Numbered from the stretch's first letter, positions 48,560-59,725 are shown. The stretch is DNA of 64,000 nt from an uncultured bacterium (GCA_963777505.1 CAVZQN010000001.1:224001-288000), one strand, 5' to 3'. Numbers and translations are program-made. Notes: a model not told the origin generated them from the letters alone.

Positions 48560-51500
48560 TCATCTAGAGGAGTAGTCGCCAATCAGAACGAATGGAGCCC
48601 AATAATATGGATGGCTAAATTTATGGGATCGGATCATTTCAAGCCGAGCTTGCTTTAACGCTGCCGGGTGTTCAAGGTTTTTATTTTCCAGGTTATTGTA
48701 AAAACGGACCATAAAATCCGATGTTGAAGCATCGTATACATTCCATAAACTTACCAGTACTTCCGAGGTACCGGCTGAAAGAAATGCACGGGACAACCCA
48801 TTGACTCCTTCCCCGCGGATCTGCTTTCCTAATCCCGTTTTGCAGGCAGAAAGGACAACGAGATTCGCATTAAGACGCAGATCAAAAACTTCGCGCAATG
48901 TCAGATATCCATCTTCTCCACTACCAGGTTCCGAGGCGAGAATAAGCGCGGAATATTGAGGATTTTCTTCATCAATTAATCCGTGACTTGCAAAATGGAT
49001 GTACCGAAATTTCTCAAGATTCGAATGCTTTACCTTATCTTCAGTAGCATCTTGCCCAAAATACAACAAAGACTGCTCATCAGGGTAGAGCTTGGAAATT
49101 GTTTTCACTTCATTGCGTGCAAAGGGCAACGGCGCGAGAGTTCCGGCCCATTCGCGAACTGTAGCATTCATTGGAGTACCGGTCGTTTCTGGCAATGCTG
49201 GATCGGCAAATGCGATTAGCTGCGCCGTAGCAGTATCACTGCGCCGCGTGACGCTTCTCAGTGAGCCAAGTACAGAAACAGACGGCACATAAGCGATCTC
49301 ATATCTGCTTCCAAAGTAAGCCAGCCTTGAAAAATCAATTGCTTTTGGTGAATTAGATTCTACAAGAAGACTTTCGAAAGGAAGATAATGCAACGGACCA
49401 TCAGGTGCGATAATAATTTTCTGTTTTTCATTCACCATGAGTTGCCCCGGAGCAATCAGGGATTGATACAACCAGGCAGCCTTCTGAACATAATCCGAGT
49501 GTGCATGCTCCGTAGTTTCAAACATTGCATCAGGCTTTTGAAGAAGCTGCCGTAGCGAGTGTACCGCCTGCGTTAATTCTTGATCGCCAGGAAGTGTGTG
49601 CGCTACGAGATTATCTGATGTAAGGACAAACAGAACCGAATTCTTTTTGCCGATAAAGTATTCAAGAAGTATCGAAGTTGGATCCAGAAGTTTTTTAGCA
49701 TTCTCAAAACTTAGGATCTTCGGCCTCTGCAAGTCTGCAAACCGCGGATCAAGATTGCGAATCTCTATCATTACACTCGCATACTGTTCATCAAGTGCTT
49801 TTACTTCATTCTGAAGTTTCCTGATTTTTGTAGCATCCGGATTTTCACTTTCAAGCTCATCCTTAAGTCGGCTGTTTGCGGTTGTAGATCCGCGGATTAT
49901 TTTTTTCTTTTTTAAGTCCAATACAGGATCATGAACCGGATCCTGAATTCTTGCTTCAGCTAAAAGATCCAGAAATGCCCTTGCTTTGGATCGCTGTACG
50001 TATTCAAATGCTTCAGCAGTCTTTCCTGATTGAACCAATTGTAAAATCAGATCCTCAAAAATTTGAAATTTGTTTTCAAGAAATCCTGATTTTTGCTCAG
50101 CCAAAAGCACGTGAGAACGCATTTTTTCGGTTAGTTCAATCGCTTCTTTCATGAATGCGATCGATTCTTCAATTTGGCCTATTTTGCTGTACAGCATTGC
50201 TTTTTCATAAAGCGCATCACTCAGATTCTCCGTTAGATCCGCCTTGCGAAACGTTTCAATCGCTGTGGACAATTCCTGCATCGCTTGGGTATTTCTTCCC
50301 ATTTTCGCCAGAATGCTTCCGACGTACATCCGGCTTAAACCTTCATCTAGTCCGTGACCAATCGATTCCATCATGGAAAGCGCTTTCAGTTGGGAGGCAA
50401 GTGCTGCGTCATACTTTCCGAGCCGGCTTTGAACATTCGAAATATTGCCGATGGCTTGAGCAATCCCTCTCTTCTCACCCATTTCTTCGTATAGCTTCAA
50501 GACTTTTTCGTATTGAGACAATGCCTCTTTATAATTTCCTTTTTGTTCATTGATGCCGCCAATATCAGTAAGCGCATAAGCGGCTGCTCTTTTTTCGCCA
50601 ATTTGTTCCGAGATCTTGTAGGCTTTTTGAAAATATTGCAACGCACGATCTTCCTGATTGAGCGCCCAATAAATCCTTCCTAATTCACTGACCGTTACTG
50701 CCTCTAATCCGCGATCCTTTAATTCGATCGATAATTCATAGGCACGCTGAAGGCTCTCCATCGATTTTCCATAGTCTCCCAGGTTCATATATACAATTCC
50801 CATATTCAGCAGATTTGTACCCATGCCGGGCTTATCGGAGGCCCTCACAAAAAACAGTTGCGCTTCATTGAAATCTCTTAATGCAGCATCCAGATCACCT
50901 TGATTCCAGTAGACCAATCCGCGATTTCCCAAAATCATATTTTTTTGAAACTCTAAATTGTGTTCTCCTGCAATCTGAAGGCCTTTCCCATAAGTATCCA
51001 GTGCTAACGAATACTCACCCTGGATCCACTGCACTGCACCCACATTTCTAAGAGCCGATACTATTACTGCAGGAAAAGGAATTTTTTCTGCAAGGTGAAG
51101 GGCTCGTTCAAAGTATTCGAGTGCTTCAGGAAATTTTCCCAGTCGGTTTAAGAGCGCTCCACGATAATCAATTGCTTTTGCGAGTTCTTTTTGGTTACCA
51201 CTTTTTTCGATGATTGCGATTGCCTGCTCGGATACTTTGATTCCTTCTTCGTAAGCGCCGGAGCTTAGTTTAAAACGCGTCAGTAAATTTAAGGAGCCTC
51301 CAAGACACTCATCGTCTTTTATTTCGCGACAGATTTTCTCTGCCCGTGCTTGTGCCTTTTCTGCCTCTGACTTTCTCCCAATAATTTCGAGTGGAAAACC
51401 GATCATGATCAGAGATTTTGCAATATTCCTTTGATTTTTCGATTCTTCAGCGAGTTGAATCGCTCTTGAACATAGATCCACAGCTTTCTGAAAGTTACCC

Positions 51501-51631
51501 TGGTCGGTTTCTTTTTCCGACATCGCCAATAGATCGGAGTCTTTCGATTCCTGATCGCCGGGATAAGCAATTGCAGGAAAAAGAATCAGAATTATGAAAC
51601 AAATTTGCCATAAGAATGCGAGTCGAAGCAT
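48560..51631 (-). CDS. TPR-repeat plus CHAT (caspase-like) domain protein
   Basis: Signal-like N-terminus, many TPRs, PDGPLHYLPF, IHFASHG, VVLSAC.TG, HPYYWAPF. Confidence 0.9.
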   Translation of the reverse strand: MLRLAFLWQICFIILILFPAIAYPGDQESKDSDLLAMSEKETDQGNFQKAVDLCSRAIQLAEESKNQRNIAKSLIMIGFPLEIIGRKSEAEKAQARAEKICREIKDDECLGGSLNLLTRFKLSSGAYEEGIKVSEQAIAIIEKSGNQKELAKAIDYRGALLNRLGKFPEALEYFERALHLAEKIPFPAVIVSALRNVGAVQWIQGEYSLALDTYGKGLQIAGEHNLEFQKNMILGNRGLVYWNQGDLDAALRDFNEAQLFFVRASDKPGMGTNLLNMGIVYMNLGDYGKSMESLQRAYELSIELKDRGLEAVTVSELGRIYWALNQEDRALQYFQKAYKISEQIGEKRAAAYALTDIGGINEQKGNYKEALSQYEKVLKLYEEMGEKRGIAQAIGNISNVQSRLGKYDAALASQLKALSMMESIGHGLDEGLSRMYVGSILAKMGRNTQAMQELSTAIETFRKADLTENLSDALYEKAMLYSKIGQIEESIAFMKEAIELTEKMRSHVLLAEQKSGFLENKFQIFEDLILQLVQSGKTAEAFEYVQRSKARAFLDLLAEARIQDPVHDPVLDLKKKKIIRGSTTANSRLKDELESENPDATKIRKLQNEVKALDEQYASVMIEIRNLDPRFADLQRPKILSFENAKKLLDPTSILLEYFIGKKNSVLFVLTSDNLVAHTLPGDQELTQAVHSLRQLLQKPDAMFETTEHAHSDYVQKAAWLYQSLIAPGQLMVNEKQKIIIAPDGPLHYLPFESLLVESNSPKAIDFSRLAYFGSRYEIAYVPSVSVLGSLRSVTRRSDTATAQLIAFADPALPETTGTPMNATVREWAGTLAPLPFARNEVKTISKLYPDEQSLLYFGQDATEDKVKHSNLEKFRYIHFASHGLIDEENPQYSALILASEPGSGEDGYLTLREVFDLRLNANLVVLSACKTGLGKQIRGEGVNGLSRAFLSAGTSEVLVSLWNVYDASTSDFMVRFYNNLENKNLEHPAALKQARLEMIRSHKFSHPYYWAPFVLIGDYSSR

Positions 51632-51726
51632 ACGGATACCTCAAGGACTAGTGCACACACCATATCATATAAGGCGGTTTTGAAGACTTACGGTTATGTC
51701 GCTGTGGCAACAGCTAAGTCAAATGT

Positions 51727-52725
51727 TCAAGCTGGTTGGAGTTTGAGGCGATATTGATGTGGTGTAATTCCAAAAGAACGTTGAAATGCTCGCCGCATAA
51801 TATCGGCGCTTGTGAATCCGCAGGAAGATGCAACTTGTTTGAGCCCGCGATCCGTTCGCTCAAGTTGAAGCGCTGCCGCTTCAACACGAACTTGTAACAA
51901 ATATTCGGATGGAGTTTTTCCGAGCTCACGTGCAAATACACGTTCCAGGTTTCGAACGCTCATAGCGACACGATCTGCAAGGATCTGGATCGAAAGTTTT
52001 TTGTGAAAATTCTCAGCAATCCAAAGTTGAAGTTCCTGGATCGCTTTCATTTCCGAAGCTTGAGCTGACAATAAAACACTCACCTGAGTTTGAGTGCCGG
52101 ATCTTCGCAAAAACAATACGAGTTCGCGTGCGATTTCCTGAGCGACTGCTGCTCCGCAATCTTCTTCGACCCATGTCAATGCTAGATCCATTCCTGCGGA
52201 AATACCGGCAGAAGTGTAAATGTTTCCATCCTTCACCCAGATCGGTTCCGTTTCCACCTTTACCTGCGGATACCGTTTTGTCAATTCACGTCCGAATCTC
52301 CAATGAGTCGTCGCCCTCTTTCCGTTTAACAAACCAGCTTCTGCCAAAAGAAAAGATCCGACGCATACAGATCCTAATCGTCGAACTACTGAAGCCCTTT
52401 CTCTCATCCATGAAAAAAGATTTGGATCGCGTTCTGTGCGGGTTCCAACTCCGCAAACAAGGAGAAGCGAATCAAACTTTCCTTTCACATCTTGAAAATG
52501 TCCGCTCGCAGCGAAAGTGAGCAACCCTTCCTCACCACGAACGATCATTTCTTTTTTGTTCGTTACGACTTCAACTTCATAGACTGGTTTTTTTGACAGC
52601 CGGTTCGCGGCGCCGAAAACTTTCATCGGTCCGACTAAATCAAGTTCATCCACAGGTGGCACAACAATTACGATGATCCGTTTTCGCTTGCTGCGTGATG
52701 CTATATCGCGGTCAGTCCTTGGCAT
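51727..52725 (-). CDS. GlxA family regulator (DJ-1/PfpI plus AraC HTH)
   Basis: SVCVGSFLLA.AGLL.G.RATTHW, YTSAGISAGMD, AraC HTH. Confidence 0.9.
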   Translation of the reverse strand: MPRTDRDIASRSKRKRIIVIVVPPVDELDLVGPMKVFGAANRLSKKPVYEVEVVTNKKEMIVRGEEGLLTFAASGHFQDVKGKFDSLLLVCGVGTRTERDPNLFSWMRERASVVRRLGSVCVGSFLLAEAGLLNGKRATTHWRFGRELTKRYPQVKVETEPIWVKDGNIYTSAGISAGMDLALTWVEEDCGAAVAQEIARELVLFLRRSGTQTQVSVLLSAQASEMKAIQELQLWIAENFHKKLSIQILADRVAMSVRNLERVFARELGKTPSEYLLQVRVEAAALQLERTDRGLKQVASSCGFTSADIMRRAFQRSFGITPHQYRLKLQPA

Positions 52726-52864
52726 TGTTATCCAAGTATACTCATCAAAAATATTTTCCTCAATCGTTTTCCTTCTTTTTTGGCGTAAAACAGCACCATC
52801 CTGTCGTTAAACGCCGCTGATCCATCTATACAATTTTCAGTTGTAACTTCTCGAAGGAGGAAAC

Positions 52865-53359
52865 ATGAGTGAGACATCGCAGCAATACACACAGCGGATC
52901 CTGAATCATCTAGGAACGTTGGATCCACTTAACGTACTCGAATCAACTATCACCAGATTAGAGACTCTCACTCGTACGCTGGAAAAGAAAGGACTTCAGA
53001 AGGAGTCATTACCAGCTAAATGGACAGCTGCGCAGATTCTTGCGCATCTTGCGGAAGCTGAAATTGTATGTGCTTACCGATATCGCAAAGTAGTGAGCAC
53101 CAGCGGCGAATCAATTGAAGCCTACGATCAGAATGAGTGGGTCAAAAATTCCGGATCACTCCAATCTGATCCGTATTTGGCGCTATCTCTTTTCCAGATC
53201 TTACGAAAGGCAAATATTGCATGGTTGAAATCGCTGACATCGGATCAATGGGAGCATTACGGAATTCATTCGCAGCGTGGAAAGGAATCCATTTCGCAAA
53301 TGGTCCGAATGATGGCAGGACATGACATCAATCATCTGCGTCAGATGGAACAATTATGA
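52865..53359 (+). CDS. DinB_2 / YfiT-like protein
   Basis: KWT..QILAHLAEAE, YDQNEW, AGHD.NHL.Q. Confidence 0.82.
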   Translation: MSETSQQYTQRILNHLGTLDPLNVLESTITRLETLTRTLEKKGLQKESLPAKWTAAQILAHLAEAEIVCAYRYRKVVSTSGESIEAYDQNEWVKNSGSLQSDPYLALSLFQILRKANIAWLKSLTSDQWEHYGIHSQRGKESISQMVRMMAGHDINHLRQMEQL

Positions 53360-54069
53360 AACATCATTGGCTTTGGATCATTGCGGTGTTTCTTGTTAGC
53401 AATGCACCTTTTGCGGATCTTGTTGCTCAAACCGAACGGGGCCCATATGCGCGCATTGCAATCCTGCGTCCACATGATGGAAAAACTGTCGACTTTGAAG
53501 CAGGATATATCCGGCATCTTGAGTTTCATCGGCAAGCCAAAGATACATGGGTCTGGTTTGGTTGGACCATTTGGGCTGGTGAACGACAACGATGGTTTGT
53601 TTATGCAACATTTGGACACACGGGCGCAAGTTTAGACAATCCAATCTTACCGGCTGAAGACGAACGCGATAATATTCTCAACGTCACGCCGCACGCGCAG
53701 TTTGTGGGAAACGCACTTTACGAGTACCAGCCGGAAATGTCACGTGGAAATGGTGAACCGCAACCAGCAGCACGGCTCGAGTTCACAACCGTTGAGCTCG
53801 CGCCTGGTACAGCAAAAGCTTTCGAAGCAGCTCTCACTGAAGATAAATCCAAACTGCAAGAGGAAACACTCTGGTATCGAATGATCGCGGGTGGAACTAC
53901 TCCGCGCTATGTCAGACTTCGTCCACGTACAAGCTTGTCAGCAATTCTTGATGGAAAGAGTGAACAAGTGCTCCCAGACAAAGTCAACGAATTGATTGAG
54001 AAAACGACAATTGAGATTTTGAGCCTACGACCAACGATGAGTTATGGAGTAACACCAACTCGCCAATAA
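53356..54069 (+). CDS. Exported hypothetical protein
   Basis: Signal peptide; ATGA-type overlap with the upstream gene. Confidence 0.6.
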   Translation: MKHHWLWIIAVFLVSNAPFADLVAQTERGPYARIAILRPHDGKTVDFEAGYIRHLEFHRQAKDTWVWFGWTIWAGERQRWFVYATFGHTGASLDNPILPAEDERDNILNVTPHAQFVGNALYEYQPEMSRGNGEPQPAARLEFTTVELAPGTAKAFEAALTEDKSKLQEETLWYRMIAGGTTPRYVRLRPRTSLSAILDGKSEQVLPDKVNELIEKTTIEILSLRPTMSYGVTPTRQ

Positions 54070-54081
54070 TATTTCAACATC

Positions 54082-56524
54082 ATGGAACCATTAATTCAGG
54101 ATATTCGATATGCTGTCCGACTGTTGCTCAAGAGTCGCGGATTTACTGCTGTAGCAATACTCACTTTAGCTGTCGGCATCTGCGCAAACACGGCAATCTT
54201 CAGTTTGGTTAACACTATACTGCTGCGTCCGCTTTCATATAAAAAGCCGGACCAATTGATTTGGATTTGGTCGAGCCGGACTGATAGAGACAAAAGCACT
54301 TTTTCACTTCCGGATTTTATCGATTACAGGGATCAGAATCGAACGCTGGAACAAATCTCCGCTTTTTCGACATGGAGCGCTAATTTGCTAAATGCCGGAG
54401 AACCCGAACGTGTGTTTGGAGTTCGCTGCTCTGCAAATATTTTCAAAACACTCGGAGTCGAAGCCGAAATCGGACGCACATTATTAAATGAAGATGACAA
54501 CACTGGCAATCCGCGAGTTGTTGTACTCAGTCACGGTTTTTGGAGCCGCCGTTTCGGAATGAATCGCGAAATTGTTGGCAAACCGCTCACCTTAAATGAT
54601 GAGAACTATATAGTAGCCGGAGTACTCCCATCCAACTTTTCTTTTCCAGGAATGGAATCTGACATTGTGGTTCCACTTGTCCCGGATGCTGACCCACTGC
54701 GCAACGAAAGAGCATCTATTAGTTTTCTACGCGTTATCGGAAGATTAAAACCAGGAGTTACATTCAAGCAAGCAGAATCGGATTTGAACGGCATTGCAAG
54801 TCATTTGCAACAATTGTATCCGGTTACGAATGCGAGCAAGAAAGGCACGAAAGTAATTCCTTTGCACGAAGAACTTGTTGGAAATTTTCGGCTGGCATTT
54901 CTAGTTCTATCGGCTGCAGTTGGTTTGGTGTTGCTAATCGCCTGCGCTAATTTAGCGAACCTCGTGCTTGCGAGAGCTTCCACGCGGTTTAGAGAAATGG
55001 CGATTCGACTCGCCCTCGGCGCTTCCCGCGGACGCCTTATCAAGCAGCTCTTAACTGAAAATATTTTGCTTGCTCTACTAGGCGGTGCGCTGGGTCTTGC
55101 ATTAACAAAACCTGCCATGAAATTGATGATCGCGTTCAGCCCTGCTTCGCTTCCTCGCACGAATGAAATTGAGATCGATGCAATGGTCTTGTTATTTTCT
55201 CTTTTGATTTCTCTGGTGTCCGGTGTGTTTTTTGGGTTCATCCCAACGACTTCATATTGCAAGAGCAAGTCTTACTGAAGAATTAAAAGGAAGCGGGAAA
55301 GGCACATCTGAAGGGAGCCGCAAAAACAATATGCGCAACCTGCTGATACTCAGCGAAGTGGGAATTTCAATTTTATTGTTGATTGCCGCTGGTCTATTGG
55401 CAAAAAGCTTTCTTCGATTACAGTCAATATCGCCAGGGTTTGATGTTAAGAATTTGCTGGTGATGCGTCTTTCTTTGCCCAGGGCACAATATTCTACTTC
55501 TGAAGTAACCGTCTTTTATGAACAACTTTCCAACGCAATCGGAAATTTGCCTGAAGTTCAATCTACAAGCGCGACATCAGCGCTTCCATTAAGTGGATCT
55601 AACGTGCGGGTCAACTTCACGATAACAGGACGGCCTCCATTGATTCCAGGAGAGCAACCCATAACCCAGTATCGAATGACCGGTCCCGATTATTTCCGGA
55701 CTATGAATATTCCCATTCACTCCGGCCGTGATTTTACAAATAGAGATACACTTCGCTCTCAGCCTGTCGCAATCATCAGTGACTCTTTTGCACGCCGCTA
55801 TTGGAAGAATGAAAGCCCAATAGGCGCGCATATCAAGATTGATGATAACAATGCAGGTCCCAGAGAAGTTGAAATCATCGGCGTAGCAGGAGACGTAAGA
55901 CATGGAGGATTACAAGAAGAGCCGTCTCCGGAAACGTATGTTCCTATATCACAAATTCCCGAAGAAAATGTTTCACTGCTAACGAACAATATGAGTTGGG
56001 TCGTAAAAACTTCCCGAGATCCACTAAGAGGGGTGAATGCAATTCGACACGAAATTCAGTCCGTGAATGGGAACATCGCAACGAGCAATACAAAAAGCAT
56101 GGAACAGTTTCTTTCTTCGTCGCTTGCACCAATCCGTTTCAATCTTTTTCTCTTAGGAATATCTGCTATCGGTGCTTTGGTATTAGCAAGCATGGGAATC
56201 TACGCTGTGATCTCTTATTCTGTGGCTCAGCGAACCCGGGAACTTGGAATCCGAATGGCATTAGGCGCTAAACAGCGAGATGTACTTACACTGGTGATCG
56301 GAAACGGATTGAAGATCGTTTTGATTGGCGTGTCATTGGGATTGGTCGCCGCATTTATTTTGACGCGGGTGTTGTCGAAATTACTTTATGGGATCAGCGT
56401 TACAGATCCATCCACTTTCGTTTTGATGCCGCTGCTATTCATACTTATTGCTATCTTCGCAAGTTATGTACCTGCACGCCGGGCAACTAAAGTAGACCCG
56501 ATCATTGCTCTCCGTTCGGAATAG
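54082..56524 (+). CDS. ADOP-type duplicated MacB/FtsX ABC permease, frameshifted near 55248
   Basis: [32 protein letters not shown]; second frame [32 protein letters not shown]; one extra base joins them. Confidence 0.88.
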
Positions 56525-56531
56525 TCTGAAG

Positions 56532-56553
56532 ATATTGGACTAAAGGTCAATAT
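56532..56553. promoter_or_regulatory. Dyad ATATTG-N10-CAATAT, possible operator of the LysM/DUF937 operon
   Basis: atattggactaaaggtcaatat. Confidence 0.3.
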
Positions 56554-56711
56554 ATCCTTATTATTTAGAATGTTATCCTTATTCTGTTAATGGTGATTCC
56601 TCCACTCGCACTCGCATGGTAAATACCATGACGCCTTAAAGGAACATCTCACGGCTTTTTCAGGTCTTTGACTTGTTTTTTCATAGCCCTAACATCAGGA
56701 GGGCTTCAAAA

Positions 56712-56801
56712 ATGGGTATCTTGTCTTGGATTTTGTTCAGCTTAATTCACTGCTCTGTCTTTTCGTATATCGAAAAGCTAAAACTCGCTAAAGGAAAATA
56801 A
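56712..56801 (+). pseudogene. Truncated GlsB/YeaQ/YmgE (transglycosylase-associated) remnant, 29 codons
   Basis: AGGAGG RBS then MGILSWILFSLI, matching the family's MGILSWI.FGLI start, followed by unrelated sequence. Confidence 0.5.
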
Positions 56802-56802
56802 C

Positions 56803-57177
56803 ATGTTAAAAGAAAAATACAATTCTGTTTTGGAACTCGGAAAAAATTTAGATGTAAAGGGAGGAGACGTTAAGGAAGAAGGCGGAAAACTTAAGATCGA
56901 TGGTACAGCTGCCTACCAATTGGATAAAGATCTACTATGGGATGCGATCAAGAGTATTCAAGGTTGGGAGAATGAAGTTGTTGCAGATATTAAGGTCGCC
57001 AATAAAGACATCTTCGGAATTTATACCGTAAAATCCGGAGATACACTATCAAAGATCGCAAAAAAATATCTCGATAATGCGAATCGGTACAACGACATTT
57101 TCAAAATAAATACGGACATCTTAGACAACCCTGATCTCATCAAGGTTGGTCAAAGATTAAAAATCCCAAACGCGTAA
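56803..57177 (+). CDS. BON-like plus LysM domain protein
   Basis: YTVKSGDTLSKIAK.Y......Y..IF..N...L.NPDLI.VGQ.L.IP. Confidence 0.85.
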   Translation: MLKEKYNSVLELGKNLDVKGGDVKEEGGKLKIDGTAAYQLDKDLLWDAIKSIQGWENEVVADIKVANKDIFGIYTVKSGDTLSKIAKKYLDNANRYNDIFKINTDILDNPDLIKVGQRLKIPNA

Positions 57178-57233
57178 AATTGTTTTCATTAATTTAACAA
57201 TAGCGGACATTGCTCCGCTTTGTTGGAGGTGCT

Positions 57234-57818
57234 ATGGATTTGATGCAACTCTTAATGCAACAGTTATCAGGCGATGGTGTGAAACAAATCAGCCGGCAGA
57301 TTGGTGCAGATGAAGGAACAACGAATCAGGCAATTACTGCGGCGTTACCGGTGCTGATTTCAGCTCTAGCAGCAAATTCGTCACAACCGAGTGGTGCCGA
57401 ATCACTTCAGCGTGCACTTCAAAAGGATCATGATGGAAGTATCCTGGATAATTTATCGGGGTTTTTAGGCGGCGGCAATACAACATCAGCAGGTTCATCG
57501 ATTCTCGGCCACGTTTTGGGAAATCGCCAGGGAAACATTGCGGGCGCACTATCAAATCAAACTGGATTGAACACCGGTACGATCATTCAACTATTGGCAC
57601 TGCTGGCACCCATGCTGATGGGAGCATTAGGAAAGACACAAGCTCAAAACCGTTTCGATCCAGGTTCATTGTCTGGCTATCTAAATGGACAACAACAACG
57701 ATCGCCGGCTGAACCGAATATGATGGACATGCTGACAGGCTTGTTGGATTCAAACAAAGATGGAAGCGCACTGGATGATCTTACCAACATGGCCAGCAAA
57801 TTTCTTAAGAAAGAATAG
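57234..57818 (+). CDS. DUF937 family protein
   Basis: ALP.LI.AL, AL..DHDGSILD.L, ILGHVLG, LD.NKDGS.LDD. Confidence 0.8.
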   Translation: MDLMQLLMQQLSGDGVKQISRQIGADEGTTNQAITAALPVLISALAANSSQPSGAESLQRALQKDHDGSILDNLSGFLGGGNTTSAGSSILGHVLGNRQGNIAGALSNQTGLNTGTIIQLLALLAPMLMGALGKTQAQNRFDPGSLSGYLNGQQQRSPAEPNMMDMLTGLLDSNKDGSALDDLTNMASKFLKKE

Positions 57819-57972
57819 TCCCACAGAATCTTCCTTTCACTCTACTAGTTTAATGAGGGCCGTTAGAGGTTAAGGGTAGCTTGTGCTTTGATGCACAGGC
57901 TCAGAATCATTAAAAGCTAACTGCCGTCACTTTCCACAAAGTGCCGGCCTACACGTCAATGGAGGAACCAAA

Positions 57973-58959
57973 ATGTCAGGAATACTAGATTCGTTTACTT
58001 CCATGTTTACTCCTGATGTAAACGAAAAACTTTCTAAAACGCTAGGCGTTGAGACATCTCAAATCAATAAGGGTCTTACAGCGGTTGGACCGCTGGTACT
58101 CGGAAGCCTGGCAAAACAAGCAAGCACACCCGCAGGTGCGTCTTCACTTCTGAATGCGCTTCCACAAGAAACTGGAAGCGGTTTGATCGGCAATTTGATC
58201 GGTTCGATTAAAGGCGCAGGCACACAAGCCAGTATGATGAGCTCATTACTCGGTGCGGGAGTCAATTCAATCGGCGGCACCATTAGCCAAAAACTTGGGT
58301 TTAATGTGCGTCCCCTGCTTGCATTAGCAACACCGACAATTGCAGGTTTCATCGGAAATATTGCAAAAAAGGATAACCTTGATGGACCTCGACTCGCCAC
58401 TTTATTGAAAAATGAAAACGATTCATTTGTGAACAATCCGGCAAACCGGGAAACTGCTGAGCTTGTAAAGTCGGCGCTTGATGCCGGTGATAAAGCAACA
58501 GCTTTACGGAATACCTTTGATGATGCTCAGTGGATCAAAATGAGAACCGCTCCAATGGCGGCTATGTATCTGGTTGCACTGGCATCGCCATCAGGTCCGA
58601 TCGGACTGTTCAAAGAGATTGATTCAGCATCGGACGCTGTTAAGGATTCCATCAAAGATGCTTCACCCACTTCACTCGTTGGAAGTGCATTTGGTGGTGG
58701 CTTTTTGAAAGATGAAGTGGAACAGATCAAGAAAAGTACACCTTCCAAAGAAGGTGCCTTGAATAGTATTAAGGAAGGCCTGGAAGTCGTTTCGCAAAAA
58801 AGTCCAGGCGACGTTCAGGCTTATCGTGAGTTGGTCTTAAATGTAGCTCAAAAGGCAGCCGAAGCCTCAAAAGAAGGAGGTTTTCTCGGAATTGGCGGTA
58901 CGCTTGTAAGCAAAGAAGAAGAACAAGCTATTGCGTCAATCAAAGCTGTTTTGGGATAA
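57973..58959 (+). CDS. DUF937-like N-terminus plus a C-terminal domain ending AEASKEGGFLGIGG
   Basis: GGAGG RBS; Gly/Ser-rich helices; ASPSG..G, AEASKEGGFLGIGG..VS..E. Confidence 0.7.
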   Translation: MSGILDSFTSMFTPDVNEKLSKTLGVETSQINKGLTAVGPLVLGSLAKQASTPAGASSLLNALPQETGSGLIGNLIGSIKGAGTQASMMSSLLGAGVNSIGGTISQKLGFNVRPLLALATPTIAGFIGNIAKKDNLDGPRLATLLKNENDSFVNNPANRETAELVKSALDAGDKATALRNTFDDAQWIKMRTAPMAAMYLVALASPSGPIGLFKEIDSASDAVKDSIKDASPTSLVGSAFGGGFLKDEVEQIKKSTPSKEGALNSIKEGLEVVSQKSPGDVQAYRELVLNVAQKAAEASKEGGFLGIGGTLVSKEEEQAIASIKAVLG

Positions 58960-58985
58960 TCAGAAGTGAATTCGAGTTTAGATAC

Positions 58986-59012
58986 CAAAGGCCCGCTGAA
59001 CGCGGGCCTTTG
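58986..59012. terminator. Rho-independent terminator
   Basis: caaaggcccgc-tgaac-gcgggcctttg. Confidence 0.65.
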
Positions 59013-59038
59013 ATTAATACAAAGAGATAAGGAAGATA

Positions 59039-59488
59039 ATGCGTACTATACTTGTAGTATTATCAATTATTGTACTTTTCCATGTGAGTTGTTCCGATGA
59101 CCAAACTCCGAATATGACTCCAAGTACAACATCTGGCATTGCTGGCACATCATGGCAGTTTGTCCAATTTCAGGGAGGCGATGATCAGGTGCTCATCCCT
59201 GATGATCGATCGAAGTACACAATCACGTTTGCAAGCGATGGCGTAGTCAATGTTCGATTTGATTGCAATCGTGGCCGCGGAACATGGGAATCTGCCGTAG
59301 CGAATCAACTTGAGTTTGGCGCGATGGCGTTAACGAAAGTCAAGTGTCCGCCTGAATCGCTTCACGATCACTTCGTCAGTCAATGGCAGAACATTCGATC
59401 CTACACTATAAATGATGGCCACCTATTCCTTTCATTAATGGCTGATGGCGGCATTTTCGAATTCGAACCGATGAACGAAACAAAATAA
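59039..59488 (+). CDS. META domain (HslJ-like) lipoprotein
   Basis: Lipobox-like VSC, LAGT.W-like start, DCNRG.G, T...CP. Confidence 0.8.
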   Translation: MRTILVVLSIIVLFHVSCSDDQTPNMTPSTTSGIAGTSWQFVQFQGGDDQVLIPDDRSKYTITFASDGVVNVRFDCNRGRGTWESAVANQLEFGAMALTKVKCPPESLHDHFVSQWQNIRSYTINDGHLFLSLMADGGIFEFEPMNETK

Positions 59489-59561
59489 CCTTAACGCACG
59501 CCGCCAGCAGCAAAGATCTTCGTCAAGTCTTCAGTTCAATTGATTACATTGGATGGCAATT

Positions 59562-59667
59562 CGGAGCGCGGACATCTTGTCCGCATTAAGGGCCGCTGGC
59601 ATCTTGCCAGCGGAAATTGCGGACTGGAAGTCCGCGTCCCGAAATGCAGGCTGGAAGCCTGCGCTCG
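59562..59667. repeat. Four-unit REP/BIME-like palindrome cluster
   Basis: ggagcgcggacatcttgtccgc, cgctggcatcttgccagcg, gcggactggaagtccgcg, gcaggctggaagcctgcgctc. Confidence 0.75.
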
Positions 59668-59725
59668 GATTTTTATTCGGCTGGCGTCTTTTCTGACTTT
59701 CCCTGAAGCATAATGGCCGTGTGCA

